From: Hypanus sabinus
Lineage: Eukaryota
DNA length: 64,000 nt
Direction of reading: 5' to 3'
Assembly (NCBI RefSeq): GCF_030144855.1
Contig: NC_082716.1
Span: forward strand, 69,626,001-69,690,000
Part shown: piece by piece, positions 1-11,735 of the stretch
Layout: each line of letters begins with the position of its first letter
How positions within the stretch are numbered: position 1 is the first letter of the stretch
Program-made: the position numbers and the translations under genes
Notes under the pieces: model-generated
Databases searched by the model: none
The model's input: the letters and a program-made list of their open reading frames with translations, nothing else
What the model was told of the DNA's origin: nothing

Positions 1-525
1 TGGATAATAGTGAGCACTTTTATGCCCTTATTCGAGGGAAAAATGTGGGGAAGGTCCAAAGGACGTTCACGAGAATAATTCCAGGAATGAAAGGCTTAAC
101 ATATAAGGTGTATTTGATGACTTTGGGCCTGTACCCTCTGGAGTTTAGAAGAATAGGAAGGGATCTCATTGAAACCTATCAAATATTGAAACGCCTAGAT
201 AGAGTGGTTGTAGAGAAGATGTTTCCTGTACTGGGAGAATCTAGGAGCAGAGGACATAGCCACTAAATAGAGGGACATCCATTTAGAACAGATGAGGAAG
301 AACTTATTTATCCAGAGAGTGATGAATCTGTGGAATTCATTGCCACAGATAGCTGCAGAGAACAAGCCATTTGGTATATTTAAAGTGCAGGTTATAGGTT
401 CTTAATTGGTCAGGGCATGGGGAGAAGGCAGGAGAATGGGGTTGAGAGGGATAATAAATCAGCCATGATAGAATGGCAGAAAAGACTAGATGGGCAGAAT
501 GGCCTAATCATTGCTCCTTGGCTTA
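1..525 (+). mobile_element. CR1-clade LINE (HER1-like) 3' fragment
   Basis: ORF2 C-terminal peptide KVQRTFTRIIPGMKGLTY...LEFRRIGRDLIETYQILK; typical CR1 3' UTR ending gatgggcagaatggcctaat; same family as 31925-33520 and 47862-48140. Confidence 0.9.
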
Positions 526-585
526 AATTCTGATTTAGATTGTGATTCAATGTTATCCAAACCTTACTTCTGTTCATTTTAACAG

Positions 586-778
586 AACTGTGCTACTTCT
601 CGACCCTCAAGCTCGTTGACCAGCTCTAGACCAGCTAGTTCACCTGTGACAGGATCAGAGAGCCTTGCTAAGGATGACGGCTTACAGGTTGTGGATGGAG
701 TGAACCTGCAAAGCATTTGCAAAATGTCTTTCTATGACAATAGTGTCATATATGAAAATACGGCTGCTGCAAGTGAAA
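586..778 (+). CDS. Internal coding exon of an unidentified host gene (NCATSRPSSSLTSSRPASSPVTGSESLAKDDGLQVVDGVNLQSICKMSFYDNSVIYENTAAASE)
   Basis: Acceptor ttctgttcattttaacag ends at 585; 193 nt open in phase 0; donor GAAA|gtgagt at 779 (phase 1); non-repetitive, retains CpGs, Ser-rich low-complexity peptide. Confidence 0.75.
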
Positions 779-799
779 GTGAGTTCTGTTTTAGTTCCA

Positions 800-959
800 G
801 TCACAAACGAGAAAATCTGCAGGTAATGGAAATCCGAGCAACACACCCAAAATGCTGGAGGAACTCAGGGTTGAGGAAGGGTCTCAGCCCGAAACGTGGA
901 CTGTTTATTCTTTTCCATAGATGCTGCCTGTGGCCTGTTGAGTTCCTCCAGCATTTTGC
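800..959. mobile_element. Penelope-derived short palindromic element with 15-bp TSD
   Basis: Arms caaaatgctggaggaactca / tgagttcctccagcattttg are inverted; degenerate hammerhead ttgaggaagggtctcagcccgaaacgt; flanked by tctgttttagttcca at 785-799 and 960-974. Confidence 0.85.
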
Positions 960-2585
960 TCTGTTTTAGTTCCACTATTTGAACTATAATTCTTGTCAAT
1001 TTTTTTCACCACCATTCCCAGCTGATTAACTTTATGGCTGTGGTTCTACAGGCACAATGATGGAAATATTGTCAGCAATGGCCAACATTGTGTTGTGGAA
1101 CTAGCAGCCGTAGTTTAATCCCAGTTAACTGTTCGATGCTCTACCACAGCGATCTCTGCTTGTAGCTTTCTCAAGTGAAGTTAAGAAAATCAGACATCCA
1201 ATGAGAAAGTTAGGCACTGAATTACTAAGTTTGCTGTAAAGTACTTTAGTGTATTTTGTTGCATGAAGTACAAGTGCATTTTAATGGTTCATTAAGTCAT
1301 GATCACTGTTTAGCAAACAAAAATAATTTCATGTGTATTTTATTGCCCTCATAAAATATTTCAAGATATAATCAAATTTAACTGTTTTCAATTTTATAAC
1401 TGTTTGTGATGTTCCAGATTCCACTTTAATTTTATAACCATGTTCTTAACTCCATTTGCATACAGTAAATTGTTTAAAATATAAACTGAAATGGTGTTTC
1501 TTGTTCCTGGTTTGCTGAATGAAAAAAATATTTCTGGTGACATGATGATTATGATAGAGGCACTTGTTCAACTGACAGCAACCAACATCAAGAAGGAAGT
1601 AGTTTTCCCTCCCACCAATTCCCAATACATTGCCAGATTTGTGTGGGCAGTTTCTCCTGTGCCTCGGTTTTCAGGTAACTTGTTCAGTGTATTTTGCCAG
1701 GCATATCCATAACTGGAACAACCAGGCAATTACATTCCACCAGATCTGCACCTTGCATCTCAGAGAGTAATTTAATCTCTGCAAGTCAATTGGCAGGTGT
1801 AACAACCAAATGCACTAAGACAAATGGTTGGAAATTGACCTACTGAACGAAACTTCTTCATGGAAGGAGGACAATGGTTTACAATTATTGAAACATAATT
1901 TGAGAAATCTTTACAAAAAATGATACCCTGAACATTAACAATGTTTATATTTTTTTGATTACATCCAGTGCTGCTAACTCCCTATTTTTAACTTGCAATA
2001 ATGCAGTTTGTATCATGTTTATCGGTAATGTCATTTGTAGAAAAAAAATTATCAGTATTTTAAAAGATTTTCTTCGTTGCTGCAAAATTGGCTTTATCCA
2101 CCTCTTTATGCTCCTTTGTGTAAGTTGCTTATCCCTAATCTCCAAGGAATGAGGATCCCGGTCCAAATTAATTCCTGTAGCATGACTACCCCCATAATTG
2201 TTGACATCTTGCATTCCCTTCACACCATCATTATCATCTTCCTCCATCAGTACCATATATTCCCCCCACCCCAAATCTTCCTTATCACCTCATGGCCAAC
2301 ATCCTACTGCCCCCAGCCATAATATTAAAAACAATGACAATGCAGAATGAAGTGTAAAAGCTAATGACCATGTGCAGTGCAGATAACTGAAAAGTGTAAA
2401 ATCATAGTAAGATAAATTTCGAGGTCAGGAGACCATCTTAAAATGTAAGAGGTCCGTTCAAAGCCACTAATCTTGTCAGTTTGAAGCCCCACTGAAATCC
2501 AAACCAATGCATTACTGTAGATTAAATGTGAGCCTGTGGCTCAACCACGTTAGTATATGGTGCTGGCTGGATACAGTATGTGGTA

Positions 2586-3835
2586 CAATTGCCATCACCC
2601 TCCACCTGGCCCTAACCCACCTGGACAAAAAAGACACGTACGTTCGGATGCTGTTCAGAGACTTCAGTTCAGCGTTCAGCACAATCATTCCTCAGAAACT
2701 GTTTGGAAAGCTGAGCCTGCTGGGCCTGAACACCTCCCTCTGCAATTGGATCCTAGACTTCCTGACAGGGAGACCTCAGTCAGTCCGGATCAGGAGCAGC
2801 ATCTCCAACACCATCACACTGAGCACGGGGGCCCCCCAGGGCTGCGTGCTCAGTCCACTGCTGTTCACTCTGCTGACCCATGACTGTGCTGCAACACACA
2901 GCTGGAACCATATCATCAAGAACGATGAGTCAGCTTACAGAGAGGAGGTGCAGCGGCTAACAGATTGGTGCAGAGCCAACAACCTATCTCGGAATGTGAA
3001 CAAAAGAGATTGTTATTGACTTCAGGAGGGCACAGAGCGACCACTCCCCGCTGAACATCGACGGCTCCTCGGTAGAGATCGTAAAGAACACCAAATTTCT
3101 TGGTGTTCACCTGACGGAGAATCTCACCTGGTCCCTCAACACCAGCTCCATAGCAAAGCCCAGTAGTATCTCTACTTTCTGTGAAGGCTGAGGAAAGTCC
3201 ATCTCCCCCCCTCCACAATCCTCATCACATTCTACAGGGGTTGTATTGAGAGCATCCTGAGCAGCTGCATCACTGCCTGGTTCGGAAATTGCACCATTTT
3301 GGATCACAAGACCCTGCAGCGGATAGTGAGGTCAGCTGAGAAGATCATCGGGGTCTCTCTTCCTGCCATCACGGACATTTACACTACACGCTGCATCCAC
3401 AAAGGAAACAGCATTACGAAGGACCCCATGCACCCCTCATACAATCTCTTCTCCCTCCTGTCATCTGGGAAAAGGCTCCGAAGCATTCGGGCTCTCATGA
3501 CCAGACTATGTAACAGTTTCTTCCCCCAAGCTATCAGACTCCTCAATTCCCAGAGACTGGACTGACAACAACTTACTGCCTTCTACTGTGCCTATTGTCT
3601 TGTTTATTATTTATTGTACTGCCTGCACTGTTTTGTGTACTTTATGCAGTCCTGGGTAGGTCTGTAGTCTAGTGTAGTTTTTCCCATGCTGTTTTCATGC
3701 TGTTCAGTGTAGTTTTTGTACTGTTTCATGTAGCACCATGGTCCTGAAAAACATTGTCTCATTTTTACTGTGTACTGTACCAGCAGCTATAGTCAAAATG
3801 ACAATAAAAAACAACTTGACTTAACTTGACTTGAA
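2586..3835 (+). mobile_element. Rex1/Babar LINE, 5'-truncated (RT to 3' tail)
   Basis: [26 protein letters not shown], [15 protein letters not shown]-terminus LCNSFFPQAIRLLN; 3' tail of (acttg)-like repeats at about 3813-3834; frameshifted. Confidence 0.92.
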
Positions 3836-4088
3836 TTGCTTGGTCCATTATACTGGATTTATATTTAAACACTTATTTTGTAAATTTACGTGTATAGTAC
3901 ACTGTCAGCTTCAACAGCTATGCGTTAGGACTTAAGGTGTTTGCTCCCATTCTCCATTTCTGTGGGCGCTGTGGTAGCTGACTGTGTCATCCCCAAGATT
4001 TGTGCAGTGTGCCTGGGTAGTTTAGGAGGCTTGCTCACCTTAGTTTTTCAATGGCAGGCCCCTTGGTGGTCTTGTCAAATCTCTAATT

Positions 4089-4168
4089 CAATAGTTCCCA
4101 ACCTGGAGTCCACGGACCCCTTGCTCAATGGCATTGGTCCGTGGCATAAATAAGGTTGGGAACCCCTG
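4089..4168. mobile_element. hAT (Charlie-like) MITE, 80 bp
   Basis: TIRs caatagttcccaacct / aggttgggaacccctg; 8-bp TSD ctctaatt / ctctagtt, close to the Charlie target preference NTCTAGAN. Confidence 0.8.
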
Positions 4169-4319
4169 CTCTAGTTATTCATTTACCCATTTTCAACAGC
4201 CACGGGTCTGAGATTATTACCAGTTGTTGGAAGCCTTGTATATTTTCATGGAAACTTGAACACCATCCTCAAATCATTTCCTCCCTCAACCTGGTAAGTT
4301 CTTGCTGTGATAATGCTCA

Positions 4320-4640
4320 CAATAGTTGGGGAGGTTAGCACTGAACGTATATCGCACTGTTGAAGCTAGCTGAATGTAACTGGAGCCTTGCTGCTCTGCA
4401 TATTGACCTGGGAGAGGAATGTGATGTTGGTTTACTAGTTCTATCCAGTGAGTTTGGAAGATGTCTGCTGTGCTTTGCTCCCTTGTTATAAACATGTTGG
4501 GGGACAAGTGTCACTTCTGCTCGGTTGACTGTGAGCTTTGTGCTGGTTAGGGACGTGGATCTTCAAATATCTCTTTGCTTAAATGACCAAGGGCTTCGAT
4601 GGCACACTCTGCCTTAATTGAGATGTGCCTCCCAAGAAGT
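4320..4640 (-). mobile_element. Old RTE-clade LINE fragment
   Basis: Reverse strand gives degenerate HFPxLGxHL...FED-like RTE ORF motifs. Confidence 0.5.
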
Positions 4641-4649
4641 GGGAAGTGG

Positions 4650-5750
4650 TTTGGAATGGCTGTAATCTTCAAGAAAGGAGATCATTCTAACTATAGTAAC
4701 TTGAAAGGGTTTCTTCAGACTACTTGTCACAGGGGTGGTCCTTACTCTCTTCATCCCAGTGGCTGAATCACACTATATATCTGATAGAGGCATAGTAGAC
4801 TTGATCTTCACTACATGTCAACTCCATGAAAAATATAGTGAGCAGCAGCATGCAATATATTTGACCGTTTTTTGACCTCACCAATGACTCCGATCCCATC
4901 CTTCTCTGGGGAGCATGGTAAATTTTTCTCAAATTGCCTTGTGAGAATAGATTGAGTGAACTTGGCTTTTCCTCCTTGGAGTGACGGAGGATGAGAGGTC
5001 ACTTGATAGAGGTGTATAAGATGATGAGAGACATTGATTGTGTGGATAGCCAGAGGCATTTTGCCAGGGCTGAAATGGCTAACATGAGGAGGTTTAAGGT
5101 GACCATAGTTTTAAGGTGCTTAGAAGTAGGTACAGGGGGGATGTCAGAGATAAGTTTTTCACACAGAGAGTGGTGAGTGCACTGCCAGCAACGGAGGTGG
5201 AGGTGGATACAATAGGGTCTTTTAAGAGACTCTCAGATAGGTACACGGAGCTTAGAAAGGGCTATGTGGTTGGGAAATTCTAGGCAATTTCTAGAGTAGT
5301 AGTCGGCAGAACATTGTGGGCTGAAGGGCCTGTAATGTGCTGTAGATTTCTATGTTCAAAGCTTTATTACCATCTAATGGCAACTACATACACAAGTCGC
5401 AATCTTTAACAACAGGTCCGTATCAAACCAAATCTCAGAGCAACCTAATATCATGTAAGGCTGTGTCAATCCAAACACGTCTTTAAATCTCGCCGCGGTA
5501 TTGTACGTTGCCTCCAGCAAGCTTCCAATTGATGTAGATCACATGCATAGGACAAATGGGAAACTCTTCAGTCTGTGACGCCATCACTCCAGAGTGAAGG
5601 TCTCTTCACCTCATTCGATAAGTTGCTAGTCATCATTGTCACCTTAACTGAAGTGTATGAGAAAAGTGGACCTTTCTTAAACATTTGCAAAGTAATTGTC
5701 CCATTGTTCACCACAGCTCCTAGATAATAAATGTCCATGATGAGTCTGGA
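4650..5750 (+). mobile_element. Old RTE-clade LINE fragment interrupted by a CR1 tail
   Basis: IFKKGD..xxNxxG motif at about 4665 and RTNGKLFSL-like motif at about 5550; interrupted at about 4958-5357. Confidence 0.5.
4958..5357 (+). mobile_element. CR1 LINE 3' end
   Basis: RRMRGHLIEVYKMMRDIDCVD; 3' UTR ttgtgggctgaagggcctgtaatgtgctgtagatttctatgttc. Confidence 0.85.
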
Positions 5751-6609
5751 AAATATAGAGTCCTGCACCAGACTAGAGTTTTTGTGTTTTCCAAGTCTCA
5801 TCATGGTTGCAGTATTGTACAGCGGGGGGTAGGTTGATGAGGGGCCTTTTGCAAATGTTTAGAGCACTGTACTCTCAAAGTTACTAACATTTGAGAGTAA
5901 TCATTGCCATTTACTCTGTCATACACAACTTGCTGCTTTAGCTATAATGTGTGTACATTTGCCACTTCTGAGAGCAGGCTATTTTCAAAGTAAAAGGTTT
6001 CATTTATGGCTACAAGGAAATAATACTTAAGAATAATGGCCAATCCAATACTAAATCTGGGATTCTGAAAACGTTGAATGGAACATGGCTTTCAAAAATA
6101 ATGTGGATAATCAATAATCTTGGTTACAGAGATCTCTGGGGCCTTTTACAGTATTTGCTTTTGCAGCTGCTATGATGTACTCTGAAAATTTCTTATACCA
6201 CAGTTGCAATTCTGATAGAATGCATGTAGTTTGGGTAACAATTTGCCAGCTGCTTTTCCTCTCGCCAAACAGAGTTTCACTCTTGTTGTTAGCGCACAAT
6301 ACTCTAAGAAAGTGGATTTCTTTTTGTATTGAGAAGCATTTCAAACATGTTGTTGATTTTGTCTGAAAATAACACCTCAGGTATTGCATTGTTAAAGTAC
6401 TTTAGTACCTCTATGTCTGGGGCGTGTTCTACCCCATCATTGTTGTTTAATTACAGTACATCAGGTGGCCTTGCCGATTGGGCCTAGTTTAAACTTGGCA
6501 AGGGAGTTTGGCCCTATGAATCCATAGCAGGTAGATGATACTGAACATTATGAAAACAACTTTGGATTCTGTGGCACCAATATCGATCGCAGACTGAAAA
6601 ACTTGTCTA

Positions 6610-7590
6610 CAGATGAATTCATCACAACGGTTCATTGAGGTAGTACAAAATAAAACAATAACAGTGCGGATCGAAGAGCTACAGTTACAGACAAAGTGCA
6701 GTGCAGGGAAACAACAGGATGCAAAATCATAATGAGGTGGATTGTGAGGTCAACAGTCCATCTTATTGCACTAGGGATCATCCAGAAGACTTATAATAGT
6801 GGGATACAAACTGTCCTTGAGCCTGGTGGTATATGCTTCAGACGTTTTTATCTTCTGCCCGATGGGAGGGAGAGGAGAAGAATGCCTTGGGTGGGTAGGT
6901 CTTTGATTATGCTGGCTGAGGCAGTGAGATGTATAAACAGAGAGTATATGAAGGAGAAGCTGTTTTCCATGACGTGGAGAGCTGTGTCCACAGTGCCCTG
7001 CAGTTTCTTGTGGTCAAAGGTAGAGCAGTTGTCATATCAAGTCATGATGCATTGGGATCCGATACTTTCTATCTGTGCCTTGATAGAAATGGATGAAGGT
7101 CAAAGTCAAAAGCGAAATGCCACATTTGTTCAGCTTCCTATGGCAGTAGAAGCACTGGTGAGCTTTCTTGGCTGTGCCATCAATGTGGTTGGACTAGCAC
7201 AGGCTATTGGTGATGTTCATCCCTGGGAACTTGAAGCTCTCAGTCCTCTCAAGCTCAGTGCCGTTGATGTAAATGGGGCCATGTGCGTATCTCCCTTGCA
7301 GAAGTCAATGACAAGTTCTTCTGTTTTGCTGACATTGAGGGGAAGGTTGTTGTCATGACTCCATGTCATGAGGTTTTCCATCTCCTTCCTGCACTTCAAC
7401 TCAACGTTATTTGAGATATGGCCCACTACAGTGGTATCTGCAATCAGATAGATGGTGTTAAGGCAGAGTCTGACCATGCAGTCGTGAGTGTACAGGGAGT
7501 AGAGCAGAACCCTGAAGATATAGCTCTGTAGTGTACCAGTGTTGAGGGTAATCGTGATAGAAGTGTTGCCGCTTAATGATTGCAGTCCAT
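6610..7590 (-). mobile_element. Rex1/Babar LINE 3' portion
   Basis: Minus-strand peptide IADTTVVGHISNN...LMTWSHDNNLPLNVSKTEELVIDF; tail homologous to 26805-27222 and 41240-41586. Confidence 0.85.
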
Positions 7591-9012
7591 CAGAATCGGA
7601 ATCAGGTTTATTGACACCGGCATGTGTTGTGAAATTTGTTAACTTAGCAGCAGTAGTTCAATGCAATACATGATAATATAGAAAGAAGAAATAAACAAAT
7701 GAATAGATCCAGTAATTAGATCAATTAGAGTAAGTATATATAGGTTTCAATAGGTACATTTAATGTCAGAGAAATGTATACAATATACATACTGATATTC
7801 TTTTTCTTGGCAAGCATCCATGAAAACAGAGGAGTGCCCCAAAGAATGAATGGCTGTTAAATGTTAGAACCCCAAAGCCCCCCCCCCAGCCTCCCCCCTC
7901 CATACTCAAGCAGCAGCAAGGCAGCGAACCTTCCGACCAGCAAAAAAGCATCGGCGCCCCTCACCGAGCACTCAAGCATACAGCAGAGCATCAATAAAGA
8001 CACAGACTTGCAGTTACCCCAAAGACTACTCGTTCACCCGGTAATGTGACATTCCACAGGCTCTGTCTCTCCCAAATAAGAGAAAAAGAGGTGTCTCCAT
8101 TTCACAGCGAGAGGGGAGGCATAACAAACAACTCACTGTTTGTGGTGTTAAAAGCCTGTTGCATCGCTTTTCCTGAGCTCTGGGCCCAGAGAGTCAGGCC
8201 CAGGAAGGCTCGGGTCCCTCGATCTACAGCCTGCTGCCTCTGATCTTCCTTGTTCTCCTGTGACACATCAGGCAGTGGTACTGGCCTTGAATCAGCCTGT
8301 CACCAGAGCCACGAAAATCCCGAACCCTGGAGGCACGCTCACCTTCCGGACCGCGTCCTTTGTATATCGAAAAATGGCCGGTCGTGAGGCCCTGAGAGTG
8401 GGTCCCATTCCTGAAAAGAAACAAAGTCAGAGTGTAATTCCAATCAGGGTCTTCAAAGGAATTTGAAAGGGGAACAAAGAGATCTGAAAGATAAAAGTAG
8501 AGCTGTTTGTGAAAATGCAAGTAAAGGAGTTGCCATTTAGTGCCATCTTGACTGTGCTCCACCCTCTTTACTCTGAATTGATTAAAAATTTTGCAAAAAC
8601 AGAAATAATATATATTTTTAAAAAAGTGAGTTTGTGTTCATGGGTTCAATGTCTATTTTGGAATTGGATGGCGGAAGGGAAGAAGCCATTCCTGAATCGT
8701 TGCATCTGTACCTCCTTCCTGATGGTAACAATGAGAACATGGCCTGGTTGAAGGGGGTCCTTAACATGGCCTTTCTGAGGCACCGCTCCTTGAAGGTGTC
8801 TTGGATACTATGGAGGTTAGTACCCAAGATAGAGCTGACTACTTTTACAACTTTCTGTAGCTTCTTTTGATCCTGTAACCTCCCCCACCCCCCATACCAG
8901 ACAGTGATGCAACCTGTCAAAATGCTTTCCGTGCTACATCTATAGAAGTTTTTGAGTGTTATAGTTGATTAACCAAATCTTTTCAAATTCCTAATGAAAT
9001 ATAGAAACACTA
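7589..9012 (-). mobile_element. Rex1/Babar 3' fragment split by an insertion at 7743-8560
   Basis: Tail aataaacctgattccgattctga at about 7590-7612; ORF end GCITVWYG...KKLQKVVK...FSLLPSGRRYR at 8618-8920. Confidence 0.8.
7743..8560 (-). mobile_element. Non-coding non-autonomous retroelement (about 820 bp) with LINE-like 5' end and Rex1-like tail
   Basis: 5' end ggagcacagtcaagatggc; 3' end gtatattgtatacatttctctgacattaaatgtacctattgaaacc; its 3' half is homologous to 19200-19608. Confidence 0.65.
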
Positions 9013-9014
9013 TC

Positions 9015-9480
9015 CTTGAAAATGGTCACTGAAGGATCCATTTGCAAAGAGAGGTGTGGAGTCCCAGTTCTGTGAGTTTGCATGGAATTATAGTATTGAA
9101 GGAAAAGTTGTAATCAATAAAGAACAGTCCAATGCTGGTGCCTTTAGAATCCAGAAGCTCCAGACAGAACATAGGGCAAGGGGGATGGCATCTGTTGTAG
9201 AACTTTTAAAATGGTGGTGGGCTGTGGTTGTCTGGAACTTGAAGCACTTCATGATGGTGGATGTCAGAGCTACTGGGTAGTAGTTGTTAAGGCACTTTAC
9301 CTACTTATCTTAAATACTGGGATGATGGTGGTCTTTGTGAAGAAGTAAGAAGTTATAAATGTCTGCAAATACACCCATGTCAGCTGATCTGTGCAGGGTC
9401 TAAGGACGTGGCCAGGGACTCCATCCAGGCTGGTTATTTTCCATGGGTTCACTCTTCAGAAGACTGATTTTACTTAACAG
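9015..9480 (-). mobile_element. Highly degenerate Rex1-like fragment
   Basis: Residual similarity to the Rex1 RT N-terminal region (aagttccagacaaccacagcccaccaccatttt; ggatggagtccctggccacgtcct). Confidence 0.5.
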
Positions 9481-9799
9481 TGAGTGTGGGTTCAGGGACA
9501 TTGGTACAATACTGTAATTCCTTGTCAAGGTGAGTGCACAGTCCTCAAGACAGTTGCTGATACGGTCCATGATAGTGGTGACATGTACATCTGATTCTTT
9601 GAACATGAGCCATTCTACAGACTCAAATTAGTGGTGTTGAAGCTCATCTGTTTCCTGATACCAGCACTATACAAATGATAAGCAGAGAGTATTTGAACAG
9701 GATGGGGTGGATCAGGGCGCAGTGTGCATACCAGTACTACTGGGGCTTCCCCACCTGGGCACTGCAGTAAAGAACATGCTGAACGTCAAATATACATGC

Positions 9800-10245
9800 A
9801 GCCATCTCCCACACCATCCTTTGACTCAGCAATCTCACTGATTCTTCTCTAGCTCCTCAGTTCTCCATCCATCTTCATAATAGTTCTCCATAATCAGTGT
9901 GACTACCAGGAAGGCCTCAAACCCTGCACTTCATTTCTTGACAACAGACCCAACCAATGCCCCTCTTCCATTCCGTCTGGCAGAACTGGTACTTACACTT
10001 AATATCTTCTCATCCAGCTCCTCCCACTTTCTTCAGGCTAAAGGTGTGGCCATGGGCTCTTGCATGGGCCCCAGCTATGCTGGCCTTTTTGTTGGCTGTG
10101 TGGAACAGTCCATGTTACAAGTCTACACCAGTAATGTGCCCCAACTCTTTCTCTGCCACCTTAGTGACTGCATTGGCACTGCTTCCTGCACCCATGCAAA
10201 ACTTGTCAATTTCATCAACTTTGCCTCCGACTTCTACCCGCTAGC
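9800..10245 (+). mobile_element. Penelope-like element, reverse-transcriptase fragment
   Basis: RLAELVLTLNIF...HFLQAKGVAMGSCMGPSYAGLFVG is the PLE RT motif QxxGxAMG; the catalytic DD is degenerate (LSDCIG). Confidence 0.85.
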
Positions 10246-11539
10246 CTGGATAGTTCTTTTTGGTAGGCAGTTCTCAATACACTTGATGATAAAGTTCCAA
10301 CTTATCACCATTTAGAAATGTGGCTAAATGTTTTAAAATTAATTTTACCTCAGTTGAATAGGTTTATATACTATAGTAGTGTTCATTATTTTTTATCGAA
10401 ATATAGTTCTACAGTGTCTAAATATTTGTGATAATCTGTAATGGCTTGAGGGTGGGCCTCACTGTTTATTGTCTAAGCTACTCAATACTTGTGGTCCTCT
10501 CTGCCTCTTAGCATGATTGCAGGATCAAGGTACAAAGATTAGGGAGCCAGTGACTGTTAAAGCTCAGGGTGATTTCATAAACCCCACAGAATATGGAAGT
10601 AGTGCGGAAAGTTGAGTATGGCCTGCCTCAATGGATTATGGGAAAAATTCTTCTTAGAAACATACACTCAGTCGTGCTTCTTGTGTTTTGGAAGAGGCCA
10701 CATGAATGTGTTGAGTCTGCAGTGATGCAACTGAGAAACAACTTTTGTTTGTGTACTTGCATTGTGTGTGAGAGGAGTGACCTGCAGTCTCTTGTGAGAC
10801 TGTGCGTGATTTCAGGAGCCACGCCTAAACTCTGATTCACTGTTGCAGTTGGTGGCCTTAAAGCAATGGTTCTGAATGGGAACTGCTTCGAGTGAGTGAG
10901 TGGATTACAGGAGCAGACAGTTTTGCATTGCGAACGATGGTGGTGGAGTGGACATCTGGACTCAAAACCAAAGTAATTGTCCCCACACTCCCAAAATATT
11001 ATAGAGTATCTCATCTGAATTATGCCTGAATTTGTCTGTATTACATTGAGGCTGACCCAATCATCCACTTTGACAAAAGGAAGCCCAATAATAATGCAGA
11101 TTAGAAATATCCCTTTAAGTAACACCATTCACTTCTGCTTCTTTCTGTCGGTGCCTCCTTCTCTTGGGTGTACCATTTTGATTCTTCAAGTCTAATCTGC
11201 AGCCCGAAGGCATGGCCGTGTTGCTGAACTTCAATGATACCTCTGCTGTGCAGTGTGTCATGTGCAGTTGTGGTCTGTGAGATTGCAAACTCATTCCTTG
11301 ATCAGTGCAAACCTTTATTCAGTCAGATAATGTGCAGAGAAAAGCATGTCTTATGTGATAGAATTTCTAATCTAGTTTCTTTGGAATTATACATAATAAT
11401 AATCCTCTCTTTCTGGCGTCATGTCAGAATGGAGGACTATTAGGAGACGCACTGTTCATTGGATAACCTTTTAAACAAATCCATTTGGAATAGAGAGTTT
11501 AATATTAAGAGCTCTTCAAATGTTCCAGATTTAGTGTGC

Positions 11540-11735
11540 ATTAGTTCAGGTTTATTGTCATCTGACTACATATATACAACGAAACAAAACAACTTTCCTC
11601 CAGACCACAGTGCACATGCAGAACATGTAACAAATCCTTAATGAACAAAATATTACCACAAAGAAGTTAATAAAATATAATTTAATGTAGTGTGCAGCAA
11701 AGATAAACAGTAATAGTACAGTAAATGTACAAAAT
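11540..11735 (-). mobile_element. Rex1-type 3' UTR fragment
   Basis: Tail gacaataaacctgaactaa and AT-rich UTR on the minus strand. Confidence 0.55.

Noticed and set aside
586-778. Assigning a gene symbol to the host gene
   Set aside because: The peptide is low-complexity and I do not recognise it; any symbol would be a guess.
616-969. 117-aa ORF as a single-exon gene
   Set aside because: Only the part up to 778 is exon-like; the rest reads through the donor into a Penelope-derived repeat.
1945-2274. 109-aa minus-strand ORF, possible DNA-transposon fossil
   Set aside because: No motif I can assign with confidence and no TIRs or splice signals; needs a profile search.
6696-7358. Longest ORF in the track (220 aa, plus strand)
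   Set aside because: It is the antisense frame of a decayed minus-strand Rex1 element.
10593-11128. Overlapping 80-aa and 166-aa ORFs, possible ancient L1/Tx1 remnant
   Set aside because: Similarity is too faint to support a call by eye.
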